A stretch of DNA of 26,727 nt from Anaerohalosphaeraceae bacterium (GTDB lineage: Bacteria; Planctomycetota; Phycisphaerae; Sedimentisphaerales; Anaerohalosphaeraceae), in NCBI GenBank assembly GCA_050309605.1, contig JBNRMN010000043.1, positions 1 to 26,727 on the forward strand, written 5' to 3'. The first letter of the stretch is position 1. Each line of letters begins with the position of its first letter. Both the position numbers and the translations under genes were made by a program. This document shows positions 8,296-18,376 of the stretch, one piece after another. A model generated the notes under the pieces. The model was not told the DNA's origin. It was given only the letters and a program-made list of their open reading frames with translations, and searched no databases.

Positions 8296-9762
8296 CTATT
8301 CGGTATCTCTTATGATTCGCGTTTGCGGCGAGCGCGGCGAGGGGACGTTGGTTTCGTCCAGATAGCGCTGTTCATCGGCCGAGAGGAACGGCGAGGTAAT
8401 GACGCGGGGCGTAATGAAAATCACCAGCTCGCTGTTGACGGTGCTTTCGCCTTCAAAACGGAACAATCCGCCCAGCAGGGGCAAGTCGCCGAGCAGGGGG
8501 ATTTTGTTTTTCTGCTGGCGTACATCCTGTTTTTTCAGGCCGCCGATGACCACGGTCTGGCCGTCCTGAATCAGGGCGGTGGTCAGGGTCTCGCGTGTGG
8601 CGATGATCGGCTGGGGCGAGATGTTGGCATTGCCGGTTGTGAGCACGTCGCCGGTGCGTACGCTGAATTTGGGGTTGAGCTGGAGCCGAATCAGCCCGTC
8701 GCGCGTCAAATGCGGAATCACGCGCAACTGCACCCCCACATCGCGAAACTGGGTGGTTCCGATTTGTCCTCCGGCACTGGTTTCGGTCAGTTCCTGATAG
8801 GGGATTTCCTCGACGATTTTGATCTCGGCCTGCTGATTGTTCAGCACAAGGATGCGGGGGTTGGCCAGTAGTTTGGCGCGAATGTCTTCCTGCGAGGCCC
8901 GCAGCGCTGCATCGATGTTGATGCTGCTGTTCAGGATGCCGTAGCGCAGCAGCGACGTAGTCGATGTGTTGCTCGTATTGCCGGCAAAGGCGCCGGTCAG
9001 ATGCGGATTGGTTACGCTTTCGCGCACGACGTTGCCGAGCGTATCGTATTGATTGCCGAGCGTGCCTCCCATTTCGGGCGGATCGCCGAAGCTGGTGGCG
9101 GTGCCGGCCTGCCATTGAATGCCGATGTCCAGATTGTCGGTACTGGTGACGTCGTAAATCCGCGCTTCGACCAGAATCTGCGGCGTTACACGATCGATTT
9201 CTTCAATGAACGCATTGACGGCGTTGATCTTGCTTTCCATATCCGTTACGATGATGTTGCTTGTGCCCGGATTGGCGGAAATCGACCCTAATTCGGAGAT
9301 GAAGCCGCGCAGCGCGCGTTCGACTTCGGTGACGTCGGCGTAGGTGATGCGATAGACCCGGCTGATGAGTCTTTCGCGTGCTTCGAAGACTTCCTCTTTG
9401 GGCACGACGCGAATCATATGATCCGTTGCCACGTAGCCGAAGCCGTGCACTTCAAGAATGTTGTTCAGCGCCTCGCTGAGGGGGATGTCTTTGAGCACAG
9501 CGGTTACTTTGCCCTGGACCTTGGGACTTTTGATAATGTCCACATTTGCCTGTTCGGCCAAAATCATCAGTACGTCGTCGATATTGGCGTCTTTGAAGTC
9601 CACACTGATAATCTGCTGCATTCGCTTTTGCACCGAACTCATCAGGGCCGCATGGCTCTGGGGCGCTGCGTTTTTATCGACAGCCTCAATCGGCGTCGCA
9701 AAGCCGACCAGCGTCAGTACCGCCGTCAGGGCCGCGATGTATCCTCTTTTGTATCTGTTCAT
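8296..9762 (-). CDS. pilQ: Secretin (PilQ/GspD family)
   Basis: Signal peptide; ISVDFKDANIDDVL; PQILVEARI; NPRILVLNNQQAEI; DGQTVVIGGL; KIPLLGDLPLLGGLF; ELVIFITPRVI. Confidence 0.93.
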   Translation of the reverse strand: MNRYKRGYIAALTAVLTLVGFATPIEAVDKNAAPQSHAALMSSVQKRMQQIISVDFKDANIDDVLMILAEQANVDIIKSPKVQGKVTAVLKDIPLSEALNNILEVHGFGYVATDHMIRVVPKEEVFEARERLISRVYRITYADVTEVERALRGFISELGSISANPGTSNIIVTDMESKINAVNAFIEEIDRVTPQILVEARIYDVTSTDNLDIGIQWQAGTATSFGDPPEMGGTLGNQYDTLGNVVRESVTNPHLTGAFAGNTSNTSTTSLLRYGILNSSINIDAALRASQEDIRAKLLANPRILVLNNQQAEIKIVEEIPYQELTETSAGGQIGTTQFRDVGVQLRVIPHLTRDGLIRLQLNPKFSVRTGDVLTTGNANISPQPIIATRETLTTALIQDGQTVVIGGLKKQDVRQQKNKIPLLGDLPLLGGLFRFEGESTVNSELVIFITPRVITSPFLSADEQRYLDETNVPSPRSPQTRIIRDTE

Positions 9763-9848
9763 TTTATTATCCTTGTCGAATGGTCGCTGTAATCACAATG
9801 CCTGCCTGCGATTTGTTTACCTGTTCCTACTCTGCTCTATCGTGATGG

Positions 9849-10598
9849 CTATTGGACGCTTTGAGTCCATCGTTGTCCGTCTTTTTCAAACTCAACGAGA
9901 CGGGGCAAGATACGCACGACTTTGGCGCCGTTGACGGACTGTCCGACCAGCACCACCTGCTCATTGATGATGGCCGAGGGTTTTTCGCTGCTATAGACGA
10001 TGCCCTGCACCGTCCATTGCGGCACGGCTTCGGCCGATTCGCCGCCTGTCAGCACGATCGCAGGTTCTGAAATCAGCATCGGGTCCCGCCCCATCGCCGG
10101 CAGCGGTTCGGGAAACGTCCATGTATCCGGATCAATCGGCTTGGGCAGTTGGGCGGATTGTTCCACGTCCTGATCCGGATCGGTCGGCACGGTATTCGAT
10201 GTTGACTGGCCGAGACCGCCGAGCGTCACCGTCAGAGTTGCGGCAAAGACGATGCTTAAAACGACGACCAGCATGATCATGACTTTTTGTCGGCGTTCGG
10301 TCGGATGAGAATCGTCGCGTTTTTTCGTTTGGGTCAGGGATTGGAGGGCGGTTTTCAGCCATGACGGTTCGGCTGCGCAGACCGCTTTCGGTACGGGTTT
10401 GGGACGAGACGCACAGAGAGCCGAAGCGGGTGTTTGGCTCTGTGCTGTCGGGGCAGACGACGAAGATGACGGCGCGGCGGTCGGCTCGTCGTCCATTAAA
10501 CGACGCAGCACCGAGCCGGACCGTGCCGAGGGGTTATCCGGCCGCGGCACACCGTCAAAGATGGAAGACACCTGTTTGTGAAGCCCGGATTTGCTCAT
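9849..10598 (-). CDS. Bitopic protein with a C-terminal GspB/MshK-like domain (occupies the PilP position)
   Basis: Disordered N-terminus; one TM ([21 protein letters not shown]); [29 protein letters not shown]. Confidence 0.7.
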   Translation of the reverse strand: MSKSGLHKQVSSIFDGVPRPDNPSARSGSVLRRLMDDEPTAAPSSSSSAPTAQSQTPASALCASRPKPVPKAVCAAEPSWLKTALQSLTQTKKRDDSHPTERRQKVMIMLVVVLSIVFAATLTVTLGGLGQSTSNTVPTDPDQDVEQSAQLPKPIDPDTWTFPEPLPAMGRDPMLISEPAIVLTGGESAEAVPQWTVQGIVYSSEKPSAIINEQVVLVGQSVNGAKVVRILPRLVEFEKDGQRWTQSVQ

Positions 10599-11349
10599 AG
10601 TCTATCTCTTTCGCTAAGTGGGTATATTCGATCGCGCCAGAACTGCACGGGTCGTATGTGAAGATCGACTGGCCGGCGCCGGGCGCCTCAGCCAGACGAA
10701 TGCAGCGATGAATCACGGTTTGAAACACCAGGTCGCCGAAATACTCGCGCATTTGCTGTTCGACCTGTCGGGCCAGCAGCGTCCGTCGTTCGGCCAGGGT
10801 CAGCAGGATGCCGCCGACCTGAAGTTCAGGATGAAACCGCTGACGCACGACATCGACCGTCTCGAGCATTTGACGCAGCCCTTCAATCGCATAGTAATGC
10901 GTCTGAACGGTGACAATGATTTCCACAGCGGCCACCACGGCATTGAGCGTCAGCAGACTCAGCGACGGCGAACAGTCGATAATGCAGTAATGATAGCGTT
11001 GCCGGACGGCTTCGAGCCGGTCGCGGAGCACGTATTCACGGTCGTACAGTCGAGTCAGGTGCGCTTCGGCGCCGCTGAGCAGTACATTGCTCGGCGCAAC
11101 GTCCAGGGTTCCTATCGGCGAAGCGCACGCCACCAGCGGCAGCGGGATTCGCGGGTTGACGATGACGTCGAAGATGGTTCGTTCACACTCTTGCGGCGTC
11201 AGACCCATGGCCAGAGTGGCGTGTCCCTGCGGATCCAGATCGATCAGCAGGGTGCGATACCCCTGCTGGGCCAGCGCCGCGGCCAGATTCACGGCCGTGG
11301 TCGTCTTGCCGCATCCGCCTTTCTGATTGGTTATCGCTATTGTTCGCAT
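10555..11349 (-). CDS. parA: ParA/Soj-family ATPase
   Basis: Deviant Walker [33 protein letters not shown]. Confidence 0.92.
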   Translation of the reverse strand: MRTIAITNQKGGCGKTTTAVNLAAALAQQGYRTLLIDLDPQGHATLAMGLTPQECERTIFDVIVNPRIPLPLVACASPIGTLDVAPSNVLLSGAEAHLTRLYDREYVLRDRLEAVRQRYHYCIIDCSPSLSLLTLNAVVAAVEIIVTVQTHYYAIEGLRQMLETVDVVRQRFHPELQVGGILLTLAERRTLLARQVEQQMREYFGDLVFQTVIHRCIRLAEAPGAGQSIFTYDPCSSGAIEYTHLAKEIDYEQIRASQTGVFHL

Positions 11350-11375
11350 TGATACGGGTCCTTTGGCACAGCGTT

Positions 11376-11975
11376 TTACGGAATCGCCTGCGCGCGTTGC
11401 GGCGTTTCGGCGGGGCGTTCGTTGCGGATCAGATACGAAAGCATCATTTGAACGGCAGCTCGACGGGCATCCTCGTCGCTTCGGCGCAGTTCAATCGATT
11501 CGACAAACAACGCCGGCCGATGTCGTTCCAGGCCGTTAATAAACGCCGCCACATTCGGATAATCGGCGACAAATTCCACTGTCAGCCAGCCTTCGGCAAT
11601 ACGGCGGTTTGTTTCAATGGTTTTTTCGGGAGTGTGCTCGGGGAAGCGCGTCTCAAATTGTTTCAATCCGAGCGACTTTGCCAATTGTCCTACCTGAAAT
11701 ATCAGCGCCGATTCATCCGCCGCCGGACAACTGAAGGCATCGAGGGTGGTTTTTGCCTGTTCAAGCCGGTTGCGCATTTGCTGTCGGGTTTCTTCACGAG
11801 CGGCGTTGCGGGCCAGGGCCAGTTGTTCGCGGGTCTGGAGCACATTGATTTGCGCCTGCCGGATAGCCGCCGCCTGCGGCGCACCGAACAGCGCCGAACC
11901 GGCAACAACGACTCCGATGCAGACCAGCCAAAGCACCCCGATGAGGATATTCCAGACAGACGGTTTATGTTTCAT
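11376..11975 (-). CDS. PilO/GspM-like alignment protein
   Basis: N-terminal TM, coiled coil, and [19 protein letters not shown] ferredoxin-like region; follows PilN. Confidence 0.72.
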   Translation of the reverse strand: MKHKPSVWNILIGVLWLVCIGVVVAGSALFGAPQAAAIRQAQINVLQTREQLALARNAAREETRQQMRNRLEQAKTTLDAFSCPAADESALIFQVGQLAKSLGLKQFETRFPEHTPEKTIETNRRIAEGWLTVEFVADYPNVAAFINGLERHRPALFVESIELRRSDEDARRAAVQMMLSYLIRNERPAETPQRAQAIP

Positions 11976-11982
11976 AAGCGAC

Positions 11983-12624
11983 TTACCTCTGTTCGTTCAA
12001 CAGCAGTTCGATTTCATAGAACATGGCTTTTGTATCGTCCAGGTCGCGCTGCTGCCGTGATGTGGTGCGTATCTCACGAACCAGCGGCGCCAGTGCCGGC
12101 GAATGGGTCAGCCGATTCAGATAGGTTTGGACCGCCGTATCGGTATCTGTCCCTTCAAAGCCGTACAGCGACAGCCGCAGCGTTCGATTGACCACCGGCT
12201 CAAAACGGACCTTGCCGCTGTCTTCGTCTTCGATTCGTTCGCGCCGTCCGTTTCGTCTGAATTGGATTTCGCGCAGTACGATATCCGGCGGCAATGTTTC
12301 AGCGATCTGAGCCAGCGCCGTGGAGGCAACCAGTCGGTAACGCAGCAAACACCCAATCTCCTCAAGCGATGTGGACAGGTCGCTGAGTTGTCCGCGAAGT
12401 TCGGTCAGGACGCGAACATCGTCGGCGTAGTCGATTAACTGTGCTTCGACTTCAGCGGCGGTTTGCTGAAGCGCTTCTGTTTGAAGGCGTCCGCGCTGCA
12501 GATCGGCGGCGAAGGCGACCGTGGCCCCGACCGGTATCAGCAGCATGACCACCCGCATCGCCGCGCGTTTCAGATTGACTCGACGGGGGCGTCCTTTTCC
12601 GTGCAGCAAATCGATTTCAAACAT
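11983..12624 (-). CDS. PilN-like alignment protein
   Basis: N-terminal IDLL (variant of INLLP); TM; coiled coil; LAQIAETLPPDIVLREI. Confidence 0.75.
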   Translation of the reverse strand: MFEIDLLHGKGRPRRVNLKRAAMRVVMLLIPVGATVAFAADLQRGRLQTEALQQTAAEVEAQLIDYADDVRVLTELRGQLSDLSTSLEEIGCLLRYRLVASTALAQIAETLPPDIVLREIQFRRNGRRERIEDEDSGKVRFEPVVNRTLRLSLYGFEGTDTDTAVQTYLNRLTHSPALAPLVREIRTTSRQQRDLDDTKAMFYEIELLLNEQR

Positions 12625-12626
12625 GG

Positions 12627-13700
12627 CTATATCGTCCTCATGGCAAGACCCGCCGCCGCTGTAAAGGCGGGGCCTCTGGTATTCAGCAGATCGGCGCCCG
12701 GTATCCCGGCGTCCACGTGAATCGTTTCAAAGGGGTCAAAGACCGCCGTTTCGGTTGGCAGTGCGTCGCAGAGCAGCTCAACCAGCAAGCTGATTTGTGC
12801 GCCGCCGCCGCACAGATAGACCTTCTGAACCGACTGTCCCTTTTCGCGAGAGGCGTAATACTTCAATGTTTCATTGATGCTCACCACCAGTCCGCGGGCG
12901 GCATGGTGAAACGCCATCAGCATATCGTCGGGCAGCGGATTTTTTGATGCGTCCCACACCATCGTCTGCACCGTATCGGGTTCGGTTTCGAGGGTCTGAC
13001 AAATCCGTTCGATGATCGTTTGAATGCCCATATTCAAATCCCGCACGAAGGGAAGCCCGTCGGCGCCGAGCAGAACAATATGGGTAGAATGCCGTCCTAT
13101 ATCAATCAGCGCCGCGGTATGATAGCGGTCCAGATCGTCCAGCGCCGCCAGACAGTTCAGCGCCGCCAGTCCGTCGGCATCGATTAAGGCGGCTTTGGCG
13201 CCGGCTTCTTTGACCAGTCGGCAACGCTCGCTGATCGCCTGCTCAACGCCGGCAACCAGGACGCCGCTGAGTTTTTTCGGCGTTTGACCCTCGGCGGTCG
13301 CCGATTCGAGCAATTGATAATCCAGTACGCTGCTGCGCATATCCATCGGGCACACCTGCTGGGCCTCAAAATGAACGGCTTTTTCAATTTCGGATTGCGG
13401 CATCATAGGAAACGAAAAACCGCGAACCACGACATCCGGGCCGGCCAGTCCGCAGACGACATGGCGAACCGAGATTGCCGAGGTTTGTTTGATACAGTCG
13501 CGCAGCGCATCGAGGGTATGGGCATACTGCCCGGTCTTGTCGTCCGGATCGAAAGGGGCGATATCCGCCCAGGCCGCACAGCCGGCCGTCCACCCCGACG
13601 GACCGTCTCGCAGCGCCAGCAGTTTGACGGCGCCGGAACCGATGTCCAGGCCGATATGCCCGCGTTGAGCCGCGTTGAAACATCGTTTTAATAGCCGCAT
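12627..13700 (-). CDS. pilM: Type IV pilus assembly protein PilM
   Basis: IGLDIGSGAVK; ALIDIG; VYLCGGGA; AAAGLAMR (actin/FtsA-like fold). Confidence 0.92.
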   Translation of the reverse strand: MRLLKRCFNAAQRGHIGLDIGSGAVKLLALRDGPSGWTAGCAAWADIAPFDPDDKTGQYAHTLDALRDCIKQTSAISVRHVVCGLAGPDVVVRGFSFPMMPQSEIEKAVHFEAQQVCPMDMRSSVLDYQLLESATAEGQTPKKLSGVLVAGVEQAISERCRLVKEAGAKAALIDADGLAALNCLAALDDLDRYHTAALIDIGRHSTHIVLLGADGLPFVRDLNMGIQTIIERICQTLETEPDTVQTMVWDASKNPLPDDMLMAFHHAARGLVVSINETLKYYASREKGQSVQKVYLCGGGAQISLLVELLCDALPTETAVFDPFETIHVDAGIPGADLLNTRGPAFTAAAGLAMRTI

Positions 13701-13772
13701 CTGACAGACCTTTCTGATAACTCAGCCGTCCTTTGAGGTCTTCTTTGGTTTTGTCTAATTTTTCACCTGTTT

Positions 13773-13799
13773 CTATCGGATCAACGGACATTGCACTTA
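13773..13799 (-). promoter_or_regulatory. sigma28 (FliA/WhiG)-like promoter upstream of pilM
   Basis: Minus strand TAAG-N15-TCCGATAG versus consensus TAAA-N15-GCCGATAA. Confidence 0.5.
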
Positions 13800-13844
13800 A
13801 CCGGTATTTTGCCGCCGATCATGGAACGGCATACCGCAAGCGGC

Positions 13845-15086
13845 TTACATTTCTTCCCAGCGCACGACCGTGAAATACGCCGCCTCGTCGGTTATTTTGA
13901 CTTCCTGGAGGGCCTTGTCGTAATACACATGGCCGCTGTTTTTCAGCTCAAAGTTGTCCGCAATGATTGATCCAATGGCTTTGCCGCCGTTGTGCAGGGT
14001 CACGACGGCGTTCGGGGCATAGACCGCCCCGTAGAAATCGGTATCGTTTTTCAGGTCGATTTTTTGAGCGTTGCCGGTCCCATAGAGTTTGAATTTGGAG
14101 GGTGTCCGGTTTTCGTTGTTGACGCCGGCGCCGTTTTTGGCGTCAAAATCCCCCGCCAGATACATCTTCAGCGAGCCGTTTTGGTCAATGACGATTTCGG
14201 CGCGGTTGCCGAGCGAGACATCGCCGGTGACCACCAGCACGCAGTCGCCCTCGATTTTCATCTGTCCCTTGGTTCCGATGTCGATGCCGCTGTAGATGCC
14301 GCTGTCCGACGCGGTCAGGACGATGGTTCCCCCCTTCTTTTTGTCGGACAGCAGTCCCTGGTTGCCGCCCGGCAGCGTCGGCGCGCTGACCGGATCCAGC
14401 GGCGGCTCAAACAGCAGGGTGAACATTTCGCCTTCGACATCGCTTCGGTTTTTCATGTCCACCACGACATCCGGATCGCCGCCGGGACCGATATACACAT
14501 CGCCATAGACCTCCACGTTGTTTTTTATATCGATGCTGCCTTTTTTGCTGCTGAGCGTACCGATGTCCGCCCGTAAATTCTGCTGCGACAGGTCCGCCGA
14601 GTTGAATCCTTTGACCAGCGCCTTGCTTTTCAGTCCGAGATCCTGCCGCGAGAGCACCGCGTAATTCATTGCAAACGGGCTGGTCAGCTTGACCGTGGCC
14701 CGAACGGTGCGCGTGGCGGTTCCTGATCGTCCGACGGAGGTGATGGTAAATCCGGTCGCCGGCGTCCCGCTGGAGGTGATCGTATAGTGGGCGTTGACGC
14801 CGGCCAGCGATTCGGCGGTCAATGTCGGCAGGTCATTGATCGTCCACGATCCGGCCTCAAGCACCTTGTTCATCAAATACAGCGCCCGTTCAATGCCCGC
14901 CTCGGCGGCGTAATAGGCGGCGATATCGGTGCTGCTGCCGATGGAACGCAAGCGGGCGTCGCGTCCGATCTGCAGCATGGTCATCCCGCTGATTGACAGC
15001 AGCAGCATCAAAATCACCACCAGTCCCAACGCTGCGCCGCAGCGCGGTTTTGATCGGAATGAGTTGTTACGTCGGGTCGTCTGCAT
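13845..15086 (-). CDS. PilX/GspK-like minor pilin with a large C-terminal beta-rich domain
   Basis: RCG|AALGLVVIL leader without Glu5; AYYAAEAGIERA; FYGAVYAPNA..GSIIA..VYYD. Confidence 0.82.
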   Translation of the reverse strand: MQTTRRNNSFRSKPRCGAALGLVVILMLLLSISGMTMLQIGRDARLRSIGSSTDIAAYYAAEAGIERALYLMNKVLEAGSWTINDLPTLTAESLAGVNAHYTITSSGTPATGFTITSVGRSGTATRTVRATVKLTSPFAMNYAVLSRQDLGLKSKALVKGFNSADLSQQNLRADIGTLSSKKGSIDIKNNVEVYGDVYIGPGGDPDVVVDMKNRSDVEGEMFTLLFEPPLDPVSAPTLPGGNQGLLSDKKKGGTIVLTASDSGIYSGIDIGTKGQMKIEGDCVLVVTGDVSLGNRAEIVIDQNGSLKMYLAGDFDAKNGAGVNNENRTPSKFKLYGTGNAQKIDLKNDTDFYGAVYAPNAVVTLHNGGKAIGSIIADNFELKNSGHVYYDKALQEVKITDEAAYFTVVRWEEM

Positions 15087-15096
15087 GGTTTATCCT

Positions 15097-15630
15097 TCAG
15101 AAGTTATGCCGTACCGAGGAACAGATCGACGGCGGCAGGGTGTCGTCGAGATAGTGAAGGATCATCTGCACCGCCTGTCCCTGCAGCTCGAACCGGACAT
15201 CGGCCACCCGGGTCGCCGCCGTAAACTGCCGAACCGGCTGGCTGTCATCCGGCAGCCAGGCATCAGGACGGGTCCGGCCGTACTCGATCATAAAATCCGT
15301 ACCGGACAGATAAAACCGGGCATAGTGCTCCGGGATCGCGGCCGTTGAGCCGGGCTGCCAGTAGTACAGTTCGAGCGATCGGTTATTGGACCCCAGCACC
15401 GCTTTGCGATAGGTGGCTTTTCGACAGATGCTGTCAAATGCGCGATGGACGGTAAACGTATCGACCGCTTCCTGCCGATAGACACGCCCGAACAGCGTTG
15501 TCCAGTGCTTCTGCCCGTACACCATCAGCGTACCGACGATCAGCACGACCATCATGACGAGCACGGTTCCCGTGACCAGCTCGATCAGGGTAAAGCCTCG
15601 TCTGTGTTGTAAGGGATGGATCGTTTTCAT
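15097..15630 (-). CDS. Minor pilin (PilW/GspJ-like)
   Basis: RRG|FTLIEL class III signal peptide. Confidence 0.85.
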   Translation of the reverse strand: MKTIHPLQHRRGFTLIELVTGTVLVMMVVLIVGTLMVYGQKHWTTLFGRVYRQEAVDTFTVHRAFDSICRKATYRKAVLGSNNRSLELYYWQPGSTAAIPEHYARFYLSGTDFMIEYGRTRPDAWLPDDSQPVRQFTAATRVADVRFELQGQAVQMILHYLDDTLPPSICSSVRHNF

Positions 15631-15636
15631 TGTGTC

Positions 15637-16140
15637 TTAGCGACTGCCATAAGCGGAATATCGAACTTCTCGTGCCGTCTCGTCCAGCGGTCCGGCCTTG
15701 TAATCCGCCCGCCAAGCCGCGGCCACATTCAGTACACGCGGCTTGTCTTCTGTGGCCTCGCTCCAGGAACAGGTAAGATAATAATGCACCTCATCAATCT
15801 GCACCTGGTAACGCCCCGATATGCGGAAGGAGCGATCCGCAGCGTCCGCCGCCGCCGGACCGATTGTTGAAGGAGTCATCGCCGGCGAGGTCTGCCATAA
15901 TTCCGCCGGATCGTAATCGGACGAGCCGCCCAGGCCTTTCCAGCCGTCCAGCACCAGTTTGGCCAGTCGGGCGGCGGTTGCCTGGGCTTCGGCGTTGCGC
16001 ACATCGCGTGCGGCAACGTACGGATACCCCAGCGACCCGACCGCCAAAATGCTCAAAATCAGCGTCGCCAGAATCAGCTCGATCAGGGTAAATCCGTTTG
16101 CCGGCGTCGTTCTGTCTGAGTGACCTGGTGTCTTCATCAT
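15637..16140 (-). CDS. Minor pilin (PilV/GspI-like)
   Basis: NG|FTLIELILA; start moved to ATG 16140. Confidence 0.82.
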   Translation of the reverse strand: MMKTPGHSDRTTPANGFTLIELILATLILSILAVGSLGYPYVAARDVRNAEAQATAARLAKLVLDGWKGLGGSSDYDPAELWQTSPAMTPSTIGPAAADAADRSFRISGRYQVQIDEVHYYLTCSWSEATEDKPRVLNVAAAWRADYKAGPLDETAREVRYSAYGSR

Positions 16141-16212
16141 AATCCGAAATCCGAAGCCTTGCCCTCGGCGAGCCGCCGGTTGTCCGGCAACGCCGCGATC
16201 AGACAATGCGAT

Positions 16213-16248
16213 AAAAAAGCGGAGAAGGTCCCTCCTGCTCCGCTTTTT
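16213..16248 (-). terminator. Intrinsic terminator after the major pilin
   Basis: AAAAAAGCGGAG.AGG-TCCCT-CCT.CTCCGCTTTTT. Confidence 0.8.
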
Positions 16249-16270
16249 CGGTTCCCGTCGTCAGGCTGTT

Positions 16271-16669
16271 TTATTGCCAGGAGCCGTCGGCGCTGAGTGT
16301 TCGAGTGCCCGACGGGGCGTTGGACTGGCTGCCGCTCACGCGAACGGTCGCGATTCCGTTCTCATCGACCGCCATAATGCGATAGTCGCCGGCGCTGAAA
16401 TAGGTGCCTTTCAGGTCTTCTTCGGTAAAGCCCAGCGCCGTTCTTCGTGCATTGCTGCTCAGCGCCCCGATCAACCCGTCGGCGCTGCCGGTTTCGGCGA
16501 AGCGCACCCGCACGGCCGAGCGAATGGTGCCGGCGGTCGCATGAGCCTCGGCCCATTTGGCCGATTCGACCCGACCGCGCATCAACGGGACCGACGCGGC
16601 CGCCAGAACGCCGACAATCAGAATCACAACCATCAGCTCGATTAAGGTGAATGCTTTTACGTGTTTCAT
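16271..16669 (-). CDS. Probable major type IV pilin
   Basis: Short leader KA|FTLIELMVVILIVGVLAA; strong AAGGAG RBS; followed by its own terminator. Confidence 0.88.
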   Translation of the reverse strand: MKHVKAFTLIELMVVILIVGVLAAASVPLMRGRVESAKWAEAHATAGTIRSAVRVRFAETGSADGLIGALSSNARRTALGFTEEDLKGTYFSAGDYRIMAVDENGIATVRVSGSQSNAPSGTRTLSADGSWQ

Positions 16670-16813
16670 TGCAACAACTCCTTAAAAAAGTAACTGTTCA
16701 TTCGACGATTTTTTTTCTATCGTCTTCTATCGTCGCGTTACGAAACCGGCGACTTAACCAGAAAGTTCCAATATTTTTTTGACCCGATAATAGCATCATT
16801 GAATGTGTCTGTT

Positions 16814-18019
16814 TCAGGACGCCGACATGGAAAACAGCGGCATATACATCGCCAGCAGCACCACCAGCACGATGGCGCCGACCGAAACAATCAGAACCGG
16901 TTCGAGCAGACTAAGCAGCGAGCCGATCAGCAGATCCACCTTGCGCGCGTAGTATTCGCTTGTTTTTTCGAGCACATCCGACAACGAACCGCTTTCTTCG
17001 CCGATGCGCACCATTTTGACGGCCACGCCCGGAAAAAATCCTGACAGTTCCATACTCTGAGAAATATTGACGCCTTGGGTCAGACGGTCGCGCGTGTCCA
17101 GTACGCCGCGGCGAAGAATGTCATTGTTGGTCATCCCCGCCAGAATGGTAAAGGCGTCGATAATCGAAACGCCCGACGCGACCAGCGTGCCGAGCGTTCG
17201 GCAAAACGTGGCTACAAAGGCCATCTTGATAATGCTGCCGAAGACCGGCGTCCTGAGCGTCAGTCGGCACAACCGTGTCTTTCCGGAAGGGGTTCGTGAG
17301 TACAAAAAGACAGCCGCAGCCGCGACGACCAGGCCCGTGAGCAGAAACGGCATATTGCGCATCAGCGTTTCATAGACTGCCATAAACCCGCGGGTAAAGG
17401 CCGGCATATCATCGCCCAGTTCGTCGAGCATCAGCGAAAAGCGGGGAATAATCAGCGTCATCATCACCGTAACAATCAGGACGATAAAGCCCGTGACGAA
17501 CAGCGGATAGGCCAGCGCGCCGCGGACTTTGCGAACGAGTTTGTCGCGATTGTCGTAATACTCGGCCAGCCGTTCGAGGGTGGCGGTCAGCGATCCGCTC
17601 GAATCGCCGGCGGTCATCATCGCGCAGCCCAGCCGACCGAATATCTTTTCATAAACCGCGATGCTGTCGGCCAGCGATTCGCCGCGCTCCAGCCGAACGG
17701 CGATGTCCTTGAGCGCCGCTTCAAACGTGCGGTTGGGCATCTCATCGGCAATGGTGGTAATGGCGCTGATAATCGGCAGGCCGCCGCCGAGCATCGTAGC
17801 CAGCTGCCAGCAAAACGCCGACAAGTCCTGGGATTTGACGCCGCGGCCGGCGGACGGTATGTTTTTGCGTTTCGGCGACGCCGTTGTCTCTTCGAGCGAG
17901 ACAGGCGTCAACTGCTCCTGGCGCAGCAGCGTCAAGGCCTGCTCTTTGCTCTCGGCAGTCTTGACGCCCTGCTTGCAGGCGCCGGCTGAATCCCAGGCGG
18001 TATAGGCATAGGTTTTCAT
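16814..18019 (-). CDS. pilC: Platform protein PilC/GspF
   Basis: QLATMLGGGLPI; AGDSSGSL; ALAYP; IGEESGSL; LEP; AMYMPLF. Confidence 0.94.
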   Translation of the reverse strand: MKTYAYTAWDSAGACKQGVKTAESKEQALTLLRQEQLTPVSLEETTASPKRKNIPSAGRGVKSQDLSAFCWQLATMLGGGLPIISAITTIADEMPNRTFEAALKDIAVRLERGESLADSIAVYEKIFGRLGCAMMTAGDSSGSLTATLERLAEYYDNRDKLVRKVRGALAYPLFVTGFIVLIVTVMMTLIIPRFSLMLDELGDDMPAFTRGFMAVYETLMRNMPFLLTGLVVAAAAVFLYSRTPSGKTRLCRLTLRTPVFGSIIKMAFVATFCRTLGTLVASGVSIIDAFTILAGMTNNDILRRGVLDTRDRLTQGVNISQSMELSGFFPGVAVKMVRIGEESGSLSDVLEKTSEYYARKVDLLIGSLLSLLEPVLIVSVGAIVLVVLLAMYMPLFSMSAS

Positions 18020-18376
18020 TGAACCGTCCGTCTCACTGATTTATCCGATCTTCATTGAACACACTTTGTAAATTCCATCGGCTGTCAGACAGCCGTTGTA
18101 AGTGTCGTTTTTTTTGAGGGGACAATTTTGTCCGCTCGAAAAAAAAAGTGCCTTGATTTCTGACGATGCGTGTATTCCGATAAAAATTGGTTCTCTGCGG
18201 TCAGGATCGAACAACTTTCGTGACCAGACGTGTTGAGGGTCACGCAAACAGCCCCGTTACCGTGATACGGATCGGCTGTTTTGGCATCCAGCGTCCGATA
18301 AGCAACGCCGTCGATTTTGACGCAATAGAACAAGCGTGCGATGCGGGGCGCGTCTGAGCTGCCGAGCTGACTGTCA

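Noticed and set aside
10555..11349. ParA as a chromosome or plasmid partition locus
   Set aside because: No parB gene or evident parS site in the window; it is embedded in the pilus operon.
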